Positions 10,217 through 19,643 of a stretch of 61,257 nt of DNA are shown in pieces. The DNA is taken from sequence record DRR723986_9175; one strand, given 5' to 3'. Made by a program: the position numbers and the translations under genes. The notes below the pieces were generated by a model. The model worked only from the letters and a program-made list of their open reading frames with translations. It did no database searches and had not been told where the DNA came from. Position 1 is the stretch's first letter; every line of letters starts with the position of its first letter.

Positions 10217-10358
10217 GAAGGGGTACTCGCGAATCTATAGAGCTGGATTTGGTGGAAAGCCGCTCAGTATACATTCATCAAGCGAAGCTGCGCATCCTGC
10301 TCAATGGCTGCATGCCCAGTTACCACCTGTCGTAGACAGTCGCTCGTCAAGCTGCGCA

Positions 10359-11135
10359 TCATGCCGCTTGGCGCGACTGACTGTAGTAGCGATGGACGAA
10401 TGCGCGATAGTCATCAGCGGTGTCGATGCCTTTGGCGGCACATGCGATCGAGCCGACCGCGATCTTGGCGCCAGCTTCGAGAAAACGCAGTTGCTCCAGT
10501 CGCTCGGCTGCTTCGTAGGGCGATGGCTGCAACTCGTTGAGTTGCATGAGGAATTCTCGGCGATAGGCATAAACACCAATATGCTGCAGATATAGTGGCG
10601 GATCACTTTGCAGCAGATCGTCATCCCAACAGCGAGCGTGTGGGATCGGACTTCGGCTGAAGTACATTGCGTGCCCGTCGGCAGCACGAACGACTTTCAC
10701 ACAAGCGGGATCTTCCAGGTTCTCGCGACAGCGAATAGGAGTCGCCAGTGTTGCGATGTCGGCCTGAGTTCCGTCGATCAGCAATCGGGCAAGCTGGTCG
10801 ATCGCTTCCGGCTCAACCTCCGGCTCATCACCCTGTACATTGATGTAGATATCAGAAGGATCTTGTTGACGGGCGACTTGTGCGATTCGATCGGTGCCGC
10901 TTTGCAAATCGGTCGACGTCATGACCACGTTGGCACCAAACTTCTTTGCCGCCGCTTCCATCCGAGGGTCGTCGACGGCGATCGTCACTCGCGACGGTAT
11001 CTTGGCCTGGCAAGCCCGTTGGTAGGTATGCTGCAGCACAGTCATGCCGGTTTCGGCAAGCAACAGTTTTTCGGGCAGGCGGGTCGAGGCAAGTCGTGCT
11101 GGAATGACGATCTCGCAGGTAGGTTGGGCATTCAT
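10359..11135 (-). CDS. kdsB: 3-deoxy-manno-octulosonate cytidylyltransferase (CMP-KDO synthetase)
   Basis: Motifs IPARLASTRLPEK, SGTDR, NVQGDEP, YFSRSPIP, HIGVYAYR, LEQLRFLE and GIDT. ATG at 11135 chosen. Confidence 0.93.
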   Translation of the reverse strand: MNAQPTCEIVIPARLASTRLPEKLLLAETGMTVLQHTYQRACQAKIPSRVTIAVDDPRMEAAAKKFGANVVMTSTDLQSGTDRIAQVARQQDPSDIYINVQGDEPEVEPEAIDQLARLLIDGTQADIATLATPIRCRENLEDPACVKVVRAADGHAMYFSRSPIPHARCWDDDLLQSDPPLYLQHIGVYAYRREFLMQLNELQPSPYEAAERLEQLRFLEAGAKIAVGSIACAAKGIDTADDYRAFVHRYYSQSRQAA

Positions 11136-11541
11136 GCCGCTTGATTCCTTGCAGAGTCCATTGCATGGTTTCGATTTTGGAAATCTTAACACAGTCCCAT
11201 CGCCATGCCCAAGATCAGGTTTAGCTGTCTAAATGCCATTTGCGCAAAACTGCATCTTGCGTCTCCTACCCAACAGAACGCTGTGCATGCACAGGTTTCC
11301 TGGCCGGGCAACGCTGCGTTTCGAAGTGTTTCAAATCGCGAAGACCAGACCTGGGTCGCTAGCTCGCGGCTGCCGTGAGAATTTGAGGCTATCGTTTGGC
11401 GGCCTATGAACCGAAGCCAGCCTCTGATCGGCCTGGGTTCGCCGAAACCTCACGCGCGTGTTTTGGTGGAACGAGTTATAATCTCGCCTGCACAGAGCCG
11501 AGCTTTGTTCTGGAGTTGGATTCGACAGGAAAGATAAAACG

Positions 11542-12255
11542 GTGGAAAACCAAGACGAGAGTGAATTACTGCGTCAGTATCACGAGCTAGCAGAGCTGGC
11601 CGGATCGCTGGCTCACGAGATCAAGAATCCTCTATCGGTGATCCACATGAACGCAGATCTGCTTGGCGAAGAGCTGCTTGACGTTGACTGGCCTGGCCGC
11701 AAACGTGCTGAGGCGAAGGTGAACATGATTCGCCAGCAGTGCGAGCGGATGGAGAACTTGCTACGTGATTTTTTGCGTTTCTCAAGAATGAGAGACCTGG
11801 AAATGACACCTGGCGACTTGAACGAGCAAGTCGAAAGCGTCCTCCGACTTTACGAAGCACAGGCGGAAAAAGAAGGCATCGAAGTGCTTCGATACCTGGA
11901 CGCAGGCCTGCCAAGCATTCTCCTGCACAGCGATTCTCTTCAGGCCTCGCTTATGAACCTGGTAAAGAATGCTTTCGAAGCGATGTCCAGCGGCGGACAG
12001 TTCGTCGTGCGGACCTACACCACCCCTCGGGGGGTCGCCCTGGACTTGATTGATACGGGCGTTGGCGTGGAAGACAGTACCGCAATGCACATGTTTGAGC
12101 CCTTCTATTCGACCAAGAACGGCGGCTCTGGGCTGGGATTGCCGACCGCTCGCAAAATCATCGAAGCCCACGGGGGAAGAATCAGCGTCCAGAGCGAGGT
12201 GGGCCGTGGCACGAAATTTGTCTTAGAATTCCCCACTCCTGCCCGTCTTGGGTAG
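11542..12255 (+). CDS. Histidine kinase consisting only of HisKA + HATPase domains
   Basis: H-box LAHEIKNPL, N-box NLVKNAFEA, DTGVG, FEPFYSTK, GSGLGL and GRGTKF; no TM or sensor region. Confidence 0.9.
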   Translation: MENQDESELLRQYHELAELAGSLAHEIKNPLSVIHMNADLLGEELLDVDWPGRKRAEAKVNMIRQQCERMENLLRDFLRFSRMRDLEMTPGDLNEQVESVLRLYEAQAEKEGIEVLRYLDAGLPSILLHSDSLQASLMNLVKNAFEAMSSGGQFVVRTYTTPRGVALDLIDTGVGVEDSTAMHMFEPFYSTKNGGSGLGLPTARKIIEAHGGRISVQSEVGRGTKFVLEFPTPARLG

Positions 12256-12260
12256 ATCAG

Positions 12261-12278
12261 CCACCCTTGCGGGGGAGG
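12261..12278. repeat. Second, inverted and partial copy of the CCTCCCCCGCAAG REP-like repeat
   Basis: CCACCCTTGCGGGGGAGG matches the reverse complement of 5-23 (CCACCGCTTGCGGGGGAGG) with one deletion; 5 nt after the kinase stop. Confidence 0.55.
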
Positions 12279-12392
12279 CCAATCGCGAAGCCAGGGTCGA
12301 ATTCCCTTGTCGTCGAGGTGGTAAACAGGATAGAATACAGGGGAGTCAGCACACCGCTGATTGCCCTCCTGACCAATTTCCCACCTAGGTCC

Positions 12393-14909
12393 ATGATGAA
12401 TTCGCTATCCGCGTTGTCGAACATGCTGCGCGCCGCAGGTCCGATTCTGCCAGCGGCCATCGCTATAACCGCAGCACTCCCTCTAAGTCTGGCCCTGCCA
12501 GGACTCACCGGTTCAGCCCGCGCCCAGGAAGCCACTGAAGACAAACCAAACACCGAAGTCACCTCGACCGAGTTGACCGAACGGCAAGAGCACGCGCATT
12601 CCGAAGATGTGAAGTACTGGAATTCGGAACTCGTCCCGTTCTTCAAGCAGTATTGTTACGACTGCCACAGCGGCGATGGTGCCGAAGCAGACGTAGACTT
12701 TGAACAATACACTTCTCCGGAACAAATGAGCGAGCAGCGACCGCGTTGGAATCAAATTCGCGGCATGATCGAAATTGGAGCGATGCCTCCAGCCGACTAC
12801 GACCCGCTGCCACCGAATGAACTCCGTCAGAAAATTGCTGGCTGGATTGATCAAAAAGCGAATCGTGTCGACTGTGACATCACAAACGATCCTGGACGCG
12901 TCACACTCCGCCGCCTCAATCGAGTCGAGTACGACAATACCGTTCGTGATCTTCTCGGTGTCGACGTCAGTGCCTCAGAAATTATCGGGTTCCCCGATGA
13001 TGATGTTGGTAATGGCTTCGACAACCAAGGCAACGTGCTCACATTGGCGCCATTGCAGCTTGAAAAATATTTGCAAGCGGCTGAACTGGTGACAAGTAAG
13101 GTCTTCGTCCACGATGTCGACTCGCTTCGCGATCAACGCCGCGACGGCGAAAAGATCTTCGTTGGCCGATCCGCCGAGCGGGAATTTGAATTCGCAGACG
13201 GCGAGTACCTGATTCGCGTCCGCGGCAAGTATGGCGGAGCCAAGGAAGAAGAAATCGAAGTCAGTCTCCTGTTTGACGGCAAGGTTGTTAAGGAGGACAA
13301 GGTCGATGGAAAGAGGAATCAGACCGTCTATGTAAAACTAGATGTCACCGAGGGCAAGCACACCGTCGGCATCCGATTCGATCGAGATCCCAATACAGAG
13401 AAGACCGACGACAACAAGCGACGGCTAGAGATCGAGTCGTTTCGCATAAAGGGCCCCGAATCAGGGCTTGCCCCCTACCCTGCAGTTCATCGAAACATTG
13501 TGGTCGCTGAGCCTTCTGACGACGTAAGCGTCGATCAAGCGGCTCGTCGTGTTTTTGAACCACTCATCCGAAGAGCTTTCCGCAGGACGCCAACCGAACA
13601 AGACATCGCTCGGGCGGTCCAGATCGTAAAACTGGGCGTCGATGAAGGCCTAACCTACGTAAAGGCGGTCGAATACGGCGTTCAAAGCCTGCTCGTATCG
13701 CCTCACTTCCTCTTCCGTGTTGAACTCCAAACTGAACCCGAGTCCTCCGCCACGCCTACTGCTGATGGCAACCAGACGATTTCAGACTTCGCGTTGGCTT
13801 CGCGGCTCAGCTACTTTCTGTGGTCCAGTATGCCGGATGAAGAGCTACTCAACCTAGCGGAGGCTGGCCGACTGCGCGATCCGGAAGTACTGAAGGCCCA
13901 AGCAAATCGCATGCTTTCCGATCCGAAAGCTTCGATGCTGGTTGAGCGATTCTTCGGCCAGTTATTCGGCCTGGGCAACTTACGCAAATCGGACCCAGAT
14001 ACAAGCAAATTCCGGCTGTGGAACGAACGACTGATGGAATCCATGCTGGAGGAAACCAATCGATATTGCCGAGAAATCATACAGAAGGACATGCCAATGG
14101 AGACGCTCATCACCGGCGAATTCACGTTTGTCAATCCCCGGCTCGCCGAGTTGTATGGAATCGAATTCGAAGGTCGCGACCCGACGAAGATGTATCTCGA
14201 TGGTCCCGGCTTCCCCGAACGACGGCGTGCGAGCGGATCTCGCACTGGCATGTACCAAGATGAAAACAAGTGGATCAAGGTCGCACTACCTGAAGGCAGG
14301 AAGGGCATCCTAACACACGGTTCCATCTTGACATTAACGTCCTTTCCAACGAGCACCAGCCCGGTGAAACGCGGCAAGTGGATCCTGGAAAGTGTTTTTG
14401 GTGACCCACCTCCGCCCGCCCCGCCGAATGTACCCACCTTTGAAGAGACGCAAAAAGAACATGGGAAGCTAACGCTTCGACAACAACTGGAAATTCACCG
14501 CGCCAACCCCAGTTGTGCAAGCTGCCATGATGTTATGGATCCGCTTGGACTGGGTTTCGAAAACTTCGATGCCATCGGCGCTTGGCGAGACAAAGACGGT
14601 GGTCTTCCAGTTGATGCGGCCGGCCAATTGGCAGACGGCCGTCAGTTCAACGGTCCAGTAGAATTAGTTTCACTGATTGAGACTCGAATCGACGAAGTGG
14701 CTCGGCACGTTGCCGAAAACATGCTGACCTTCGCGATCGGACGTGGACTAGAACCATACGATTTTTGCGCCGTAGATGAAATCTGCGATGCGGCCAAGCA
14801 CGACAACTACACGGTTAGCAGCTTAGTTGCGGCCGTCGTGACCAGCCGCCCGTTCACGCAGCGAACGTCTGATCCGGCTCCAAAATCCGAAACAATCGCT
14901 TCGAATTAA
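12393..14909 (+). CDS. DUF1592-family planctomycete cytochrome c protein (PSCyt1 + DUF1587/1595/1592/1588/1585)
   Basis: Signal peptide; heme motifs CYDCH and CASCH; LRRLNRVEYDNTVRDLLG, RRAFRR, LASRLSYFLWSSMPD and TSPVKRGKWIL. Start uncertain (12393 or 12424). Confidence 0.9.
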   Translation: MMNSLSALSNMLRAAGPILPAAIAITAALPLSLALPGLTGSARAQEATEDKPNTEVTSTELTERQEHAHSEDVKYWNSELVPFFKQYCYDCHSGDGAEADVDFEQYTSPEQMSEQRPRWNQIRGMIEIGAMPPADYDPLPPNELRQKIAGWIDQKANRVDCDITNDPGRVTLRRLNRVEYDNTVRDLLGVDVSASEIIGFPDDDVGNGFDNQGNVLTLAPLQLEKYLQAAELVTSKVFVHDVDSLRDQRRDGEKIFVGRSAEREFEFADGEYLIRVRGKYGGAKEEEIEVSLLFDGKVVKEDKVDGKRNQTVYVKLDVTEGKHTVGIRFDRDPNTEKTDDNKRRLEIESFRIKGPESGLAPYPAVHRNIVVAEPSDDVSVDQAARRVFEPLIRRAFRRTPTEQDIARAVQIVKLGVDEGLTYVKAVEYGVQSLLVSPHFLFRVELQTEPESSATPTADGNQTISDFALASRLSYFLWSSMPDEELLNLAEAGRLRDPEVLKAQANRMLSDPKASMLVERFFGQLFGLGNLRKSDPDTSKFRLWNERLMESMLEETNRYCREIIQKDMPMETLITGEFTFVNPRLAELYGIEFEGRDPTKMYLDGPGFPERRRASGSRTGMYQDENKWIKVALPEGRKGILTHGSILTLTSFPTSTSPVKRGKWILESVFGDPPPPAPPNVPTFEETQKEHGKLTLRQQLEIHRANPSCASCHDVMDPLGLGFENFDAIGAWRDKDGGLPVDAAGQLADGRQFNGPVELVSLIETRIDEVARHVAENMLTFAIGRGLEPYDFCAVDEICDAAKHDNYTVSSLVAAVVTSRPFTQRTSDPAPKSETIASN

Positions 14910-14986
14910 ACCCACCTGTTTCGAAGCTCACTAGTACAAGAATCATAGCGAATCCTTTCGCCGAAATAGATCTGAGGGAAATAGAG

Positions 14987-16321
14987 ATGGCTAAGCAAAT
15001 TTCGCGTCGAACACTTCTTCGCGGCACTGGAGCAGCTCTCGGCCTTCCATTGCTGGAACAAATGACGCCCGCTGCACGATTGCTGGGATCAACCACCTCC
15101 CAAGGAAAGCCTCCGGTAAGGCTTGCATGGGTATTCTTCCCCAACGGAACCAACCCAGAACACTGGGCACCAGAAACAACTGGCGCCGACTGGGAGATAA
15201 AGCCCTCGCTTGAACCACTGCGTGAATTGAAGCAGGATATTTCGGTGCTCAGCGGACTTGCACAAGTCAACGCTCGATCCCTGGGCGATGGCCCTGGTGA
15301 CCACGCCCGAAGTGCCGCGGCGTTCCTCACCGGTGCACACCCACTGAAGACCTCCGGTGCAAACATGCGGGTCGGCAAGAGCGCTGACCAGATCGCGGCC
15401 GACACCTACGGCGGACAAACTCGACTGGCTTCCCTAGAACTGGGCACCGAACAAGGGGCAGCAGCGGGAGAGTGTGACTCGGGGTACGCTTGTGCCTACT
15501 CGAACAACATTTCTTGGCGAACGGCAACGCAGCCAATGCCGAAGGAGATTAACCCCAAACTTGCATTCCAGCGACTGTTCGGCAATGGAGCAAAAGACAA
15601 GAACAGCAGCACGAAAGCACTGCTGTTCAAGAAGTCCATCCTCGACATGGTTGCCGAAGATGCATCGCAACTGCGTAGAAGCCTCGGCGCCCGCGACCAA
15701 CAAAAACTTGATGAATACTTCTCGAGCGTCCGGGACGTAGAGAAGCGAATTGACCGTCTGGGCGATCCAATTCCTGAAGCAATCGAACGCCAGCGTCCGG
15801 GCGATACACCCTCGGATCGCAAGCAGCATGTTCGATTGATGTACGACATGATGACGCTGGCATTCAAAACCGATGCTACGCGAATTTCGACATTCATGCT
15901 CGGCAATGAAGGAAGCGGCAAATCGTACCCAGATATTGGTGTGACCGAAGGGCACCACCAGTTGTCGCACCACCAGAACGATCAATCGAAAGTCGAGAAG
16001 ATTCGAGCGATCGACAAGTTCTTCGCCGAGCAGTTTGCGTATTTCATCCGCCAGCTCAAAGAGACTCCCGACGGCGATGGCTGCTTGCTAGACAATTGCA
16101 TGATTGTCTACGGCGGAGCGATCCGCGATGGAAACCGACACGACCACCACGATTTGCCTGTCCTGCTAGCCGGTGGCGGCGGTGGCGCCTTCACGCCAGG
16201 ATTGCATCAGCAATTTGAGACCGAAACGCCACTGAACAATCTGTATCTAACGATGCTGAACACCGTCGGCGTACAACAAGAGCGACTTGGCGACAGCACT
16301 GGCTTGCTAAAACTTAGCTAG
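14987..16321 (+). CDS. DUF1552 (HXXSHH) family protein, Tat-exported
   Basis: Tat signal SRRTLLRG; motifs FFPNG, CDSGYACAY, HHQLSHH and GDSTG; usual partner of DUF1592 genes. Confidence 0.9.
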   Translation: MAKQISRRTLLRGTGAALGLPLLEQMTPAARLLGSTTSQGKPPVRLAWVFFPNGTNPEHWAPETTGADWEIKPSLEPLRELKQDISVLSGLAQVNARSLGDGPGDHARSAAAFLTGAHPLKTSGANMRVGKSADQIAADTYGGQTRLASLELGTEQGAAAGECDSGYACAYSNNISWRTATQPMPKEINPKLAFQRLFGNGAKDKNSSTKALLFKKSILDMVAEDASQLRRSLGARDQQKLDEYFSSVRDVEKRIDRLGDPIPEAIERQRPGDTPSDRKQHVRLMYDMMTLAFKTDATRISTFMLGNEGSGKSYPDIGVTEGHHQLSHHQNDQSKVEKIRAIDKFFAEQFAYFIRQLKETPDGDGCLLDNCMIVYGGAIRDGNRHDHHDLPVLLAGGGGGAFTPGLHQQFETETPLNNLYLTMLNTVGVQQERLGDSTGLLKLS

Positions 16322-16554
16322 TGGCCTCAAGAGGCGAGAAAACTACACCATCGCACAGTGTGCAAAACCGCGGTCAAATTGCCCATCGGGACCACTTCGA
16401 TCTGGCCTTTGATTCGGAGCAACCGAACTGGTCCGACGGCAGGCGTTGCGGTAATCGGTGTAGAGGATAAGATCATTCTGCGTTGACCACGGCTACCTGG
16501 AACAGGCAGCTCGCACCAGACGCAGGACGCAGCAGATAGGCTGCCTTTCTTCCT

Positions 16555-18195
16555 ATGACCAAACATATCTTCGTAACCGGTGGCGTTGTCAGTTCAATCG
16601 GCAAGGGGCTTACCAGCGCCTCGATTGGGATGCTTCTTGAAGCCCGCGGTTTGAACGTTCGGATGCAGAAGCTGGATCCGTACATCAACGTCGACCCTGG
16701 AACGATGAGCCCCTATCAGCACGGCGAAGTTTACGTGCTGGATGACGGCAGCGAGACCGATCTGGATCTGGGTCACTACGAACGCTTCACTGACGGCCCC
16801 CTGACCAGAGATTCCAACTACACAACTGGGCAGATTTACCAGTCCGTCATTGAGAAGGAACGTCAGGGCCGCTTCTTGGGCAAGACCGTTCAGGTCATCC
16901 CGCACATCACCGACGAGATCAAAAGCGTTATCCGTAAAGTCGGCCAAGAGGACGTCGATGTGGTCATCACCGAAATTGGTGGTACCGTCGGTGATATTGA
17001 GAGCCTGCCATTCCTGGAAGCCATTCGCCAGTACCCGTTGATCGCTGGCAAGGAAAACTGTCTTTACATCCACCTGACCCTCGTGCCTTACCTCAAAGCC
17101 GCAGGTGAGCTCAAGACGAAGCCAACGCAACACTCCGTCGGACAACTTCGCCAAATCGGTATTCAGCCCGACATCTTGATCTGCCGCTGTGAACAACCCA
17201 TTTCACGCGACGAACGTGACAAGATTGCACTTTTTTGCAACTTACAGCCGCAGGCAGTTGTTGAAGAGCGAGACAAAGACTTCTCGATCTATGAAGTCCC
17301 CATCTCGCTTGTCGACAATGGGCTTGACGAACAAATCTGCAATCGTCTCGGTCTCTCGACGCAGTCGCCAAATCTGGATCCGATCAACGAAATCTTGCAT
17401 CGACTGCGGAATCCAAAACACGAAATCAGCATCGCCGTTGTTGGTAAGTACGCCGAACATAAGGACGCGTACAAGTCAATCTATGAATCGATCGACCACG
17501 CTGGCATCCATCATCATGCTCAAATTCGAGTCGGACGCATCCAAAGCGCTGACATCGAAAGTGAGGGAGCCGAGAACCTGCTCAGCGGCTACGATGGCAT
17601 CCTTATCCCAGGTGGCTTTGGTGAGCGAGGTATCGAAGGGAAAGTTCAAGCAATTCAATACGCTCGAGAGAACGGAATACCGTTCTTCGGCATCTGCCTT
17701 GGTATGCAGTGTGCCGTCATCGAGTACGGGCGAAACGTCCTCGGGCTGGAGAACGCCCACTCAACGGAGTTTGACAAGGATTCGCCGCACCCGGTCATCT
17801 GCTTACTCAACGAACAGCGCGAAATCACGCAAATGGGCGGCACCATGCGATTGGGTGCCCAGCCAGCAGCTATTGTCCCCGATACAAATGCGTTTGCAGC
17901 TTACCAATCCGAGTCGGTCGAAGAGCGGCATCGCCACCGGTACGAATTCAACAACCAATACCGCGATCAGTTTGCCGAAGGCGGCATGACGTTCGCCGGT
18001 ACGAGCCCCGACGGTGGCCTGGTAGAAATATGTGAACTGAAAGACCACCCGTGGTTTCTCGCAGTTCAGTTCCACCCTGAATTCAAGTCAAAGCCAACCA
18101 AAGCGCACCCATTGTTCGCCGACTTCGTTGGAGCCGTTATCGAGCGGCGACGAACCAGGATTGCCGCCAAGGCTGAACAATCTAGTCACGCTTAG
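16555..18195 (+). CDS. pyrG: CTP synthase
   Basis: Motifs [53 protein letters not shown] and QFHPE. Confidence 0.98.
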   Translation: MTKHIFVTGGVVSSIGKGLTSASIGMLLEARGLNVRMQKLDPYINVDPGTMSPYQHGEVYVLDDGSETDLDLGHYERFTDGPLTRDSNYTTGQIYQSVIEKERQGRFLGKTVQVIPHITDEIKSVIRKVGQEDVDVVITEIGGTVGDIESLPFLEAIRQYPLIAGKENCLYIHLTLVPYLKAAGELKTKPTQHSVGQLRQIGIQPDILICRCEQPISRDERDKIALFCNLQPQAVVEERDKDFSIYEVPISLVDNGLDEQICNRLGLSTQSPNLDPINEILHRLRNPKHEISIAVVGKYAEHKDAYKSIYESIDHAGIHHHAQIRVGRIQSADIESEGAENLLSGYDGILIPGGFGERGIEGKVQAIQYARENGIPFFGICLGMQCAVIEYGRNVLGLENAHSTEFDKDSPHPVICLLNEQREITQMGGTMRLGAQPAAIVPDTNAFAAYQSESVEERHRHRYEFNNQYRDQFAEGGMTFAGTSPDGGLVEICELKDHPWFLAVQFHPEFKSKPTKAHPLFADFVGAVIERRRTRIAAKAEQSSHA

Positions 18196-18289
18196 TCGGT
18201 CGCGCCGCTGCTTATTTGTCGCCCCGCTTCGCGTTTCCCCGCCCAGAACGCCTTTGCCGGGGTGGTTCACCAACAATACACTGCACATC

Positions 18290-19363
18290 ATGATACAGCG
18301 GACAATACTCGACGACCTGCACGCCCATGGAAATTGGTCGAACCACAAGCTGTTTGCACTCTGCCAGCCGCTAACGGACGAACAACTCGACACACCACGT
18401 GAAATGGGCTTTGGCAGCCTAAGGAACACGTGTTTCCATATCCTTGAAGCCGAGCAACTGTGGCTTGAACGGTACTCAGGTCAACCATGGAGGCCGCTGA
18501 GGTCTGACGCAGAAGGAATGCCAATCGCAGATATCCTCCGCGAGCTAGATCAAGTCGTACAGAAACGCGATCAATTGGCTCAGGAACTGCTTACCGAAGA
18601 CACGAACAGCACAATCACATTCGTCGATCTCGCGCAGAAGGAATGGACATTTCCGCTTCGGCAATGCCAGCTTCACGTTTCCAACCACGGAATCCACCAC
18701 CGAGCGCAGGTGTTGAGTTTCTTGAGACAGTTCGGCACCAGCGTCGCCGGAGGTGTTGATTATCTGTTCTTCAAGCTTGCTTACCCGAGCGTTACGATCC
18801 CGCAAGAAAGTCATGCACCGCTGACAGACTACGGACTCGAAGTTCACTCCGGCGAAGGTGCGCAGCCGATCTGGGATGCAGACTTTCTAAAGACTTATCT
18901 CGACTATGACACGTGGGCGACCAACCAAGTTTTCGCTGCCGCTGAAGCGCTGGAAGAAAGCACCCTAGACAGCAAACTTGAGATGGGACCGGGATCGCTT
19001 CGGGCGACGCTCCAACACATTATCGACGCAAATCGTTGGTGGCTAGAAAACTGGAAGCAAGACAAGAGTCCTTTTCCACGTGGCGAAGACCCAAGGTCAT
19101 TGGCGGAAATGAACGCCCAACACCTGGACGTTATTGCACGCCGCGAGCAATTTGTCGAAACCCTGGATGACGAAGCTGCAGCCCGCATCGTCTCCGTCAC
19201 TGCAGGTGGTCCGGTAACGTGCTTTCGAGTTCTTGAGTCGCTGCTGCAGTTGGCGGGTCACGGAACGCACCACCGCGCGCAATGCGTGAACATGATTCGC
19301 ACGCTTGGCGCGAAACCGCCCACGATCGACCTGATCGAGTGGCTGCGCTGCTTATCACTGTAG
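18290..19363 (+). CDS. Tandem two-domain DinB/YfiT-family protein
   Basis: Two repeats of GSLR.T..HI..A..W ... H..HHRAQ (GSLRNTCFHI...NHGIHHRAQ and GSLRATLQHI...GHGTHHRAQ). ATG at 18290 chosen. Confidence 0.85.
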   Translation: MIQRTILDDLHAHGNWSNHKLFALCQPLTDEQLDTPREMGFGSLRNTCFHILEAEQLWLERYSGQPWRPLRSDAEGMPIADILRELDQVVQKRDQLAQELLTEDTNSTITFVDLAQKEWTFPLRQCQLHVSNHGIHHRAQVLSFLRQFGTSVAGGVDYLFFKLAYPSVTIPQESHAPLTDYGLEVHSGEGAQPIWDADFLKTYLDYDTWATNQVFAAAEALEESTLDSKLEMGPGSLRATLQHIIDANRWWLENWKQDKSPFPRGEDPRSLAEMNAQHLDVIARREQFVETLDDEAAARIVSVTAGGPVTCFRVLESLLQLAGHGTHHRAQCVNMIRTLGAKPPTIDLIEWLRCLSL

Positions 19364-19643
19364 AACACTGCTTATCGCAGTAGAACTCCACGTAGGGCAG
19401 TGAACTCTACTGGCCGGAAGTTACTCTGGCCCAGTGCAACCGATGCCAACGACTCGTCCAGAGTAGATCATTCCACCCGAAATGGGTCCGTTTTCCTGCG
19501 ATTGTCTAGTTTCCGCGCTGAAAAGCGCAAATGACTGCAGTTGGAAGCGTCTATAACGTAGCGAATTGACGATTCAAAAGATCGTTACAAGAGAGCTTTT
19601 CTTCATTGAATGGCGGGTCTGTGTGCCCGCAGCGGAGTTTCCT

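Noticed and set aside
10359-11135. CMP-Neu5Ac synthetase (NeuA) call, given the nearby sialidase
   Set aside because: QGDEP, YFSR and LEQLR motifs are KdsB-specific.
11220-11240. Sigma-54-like GG-N10-GC upstream of kdsB (similar one near 59203-59220)
   Set aside because: The -12 element is poor (no TTGC), so this is compatible with chance.
17189-17989. 266-aa alternate-frame ORF inside pyrG
   Set aside because: Ser/Thr/Arg-rich off-frame product of a conserved gene.
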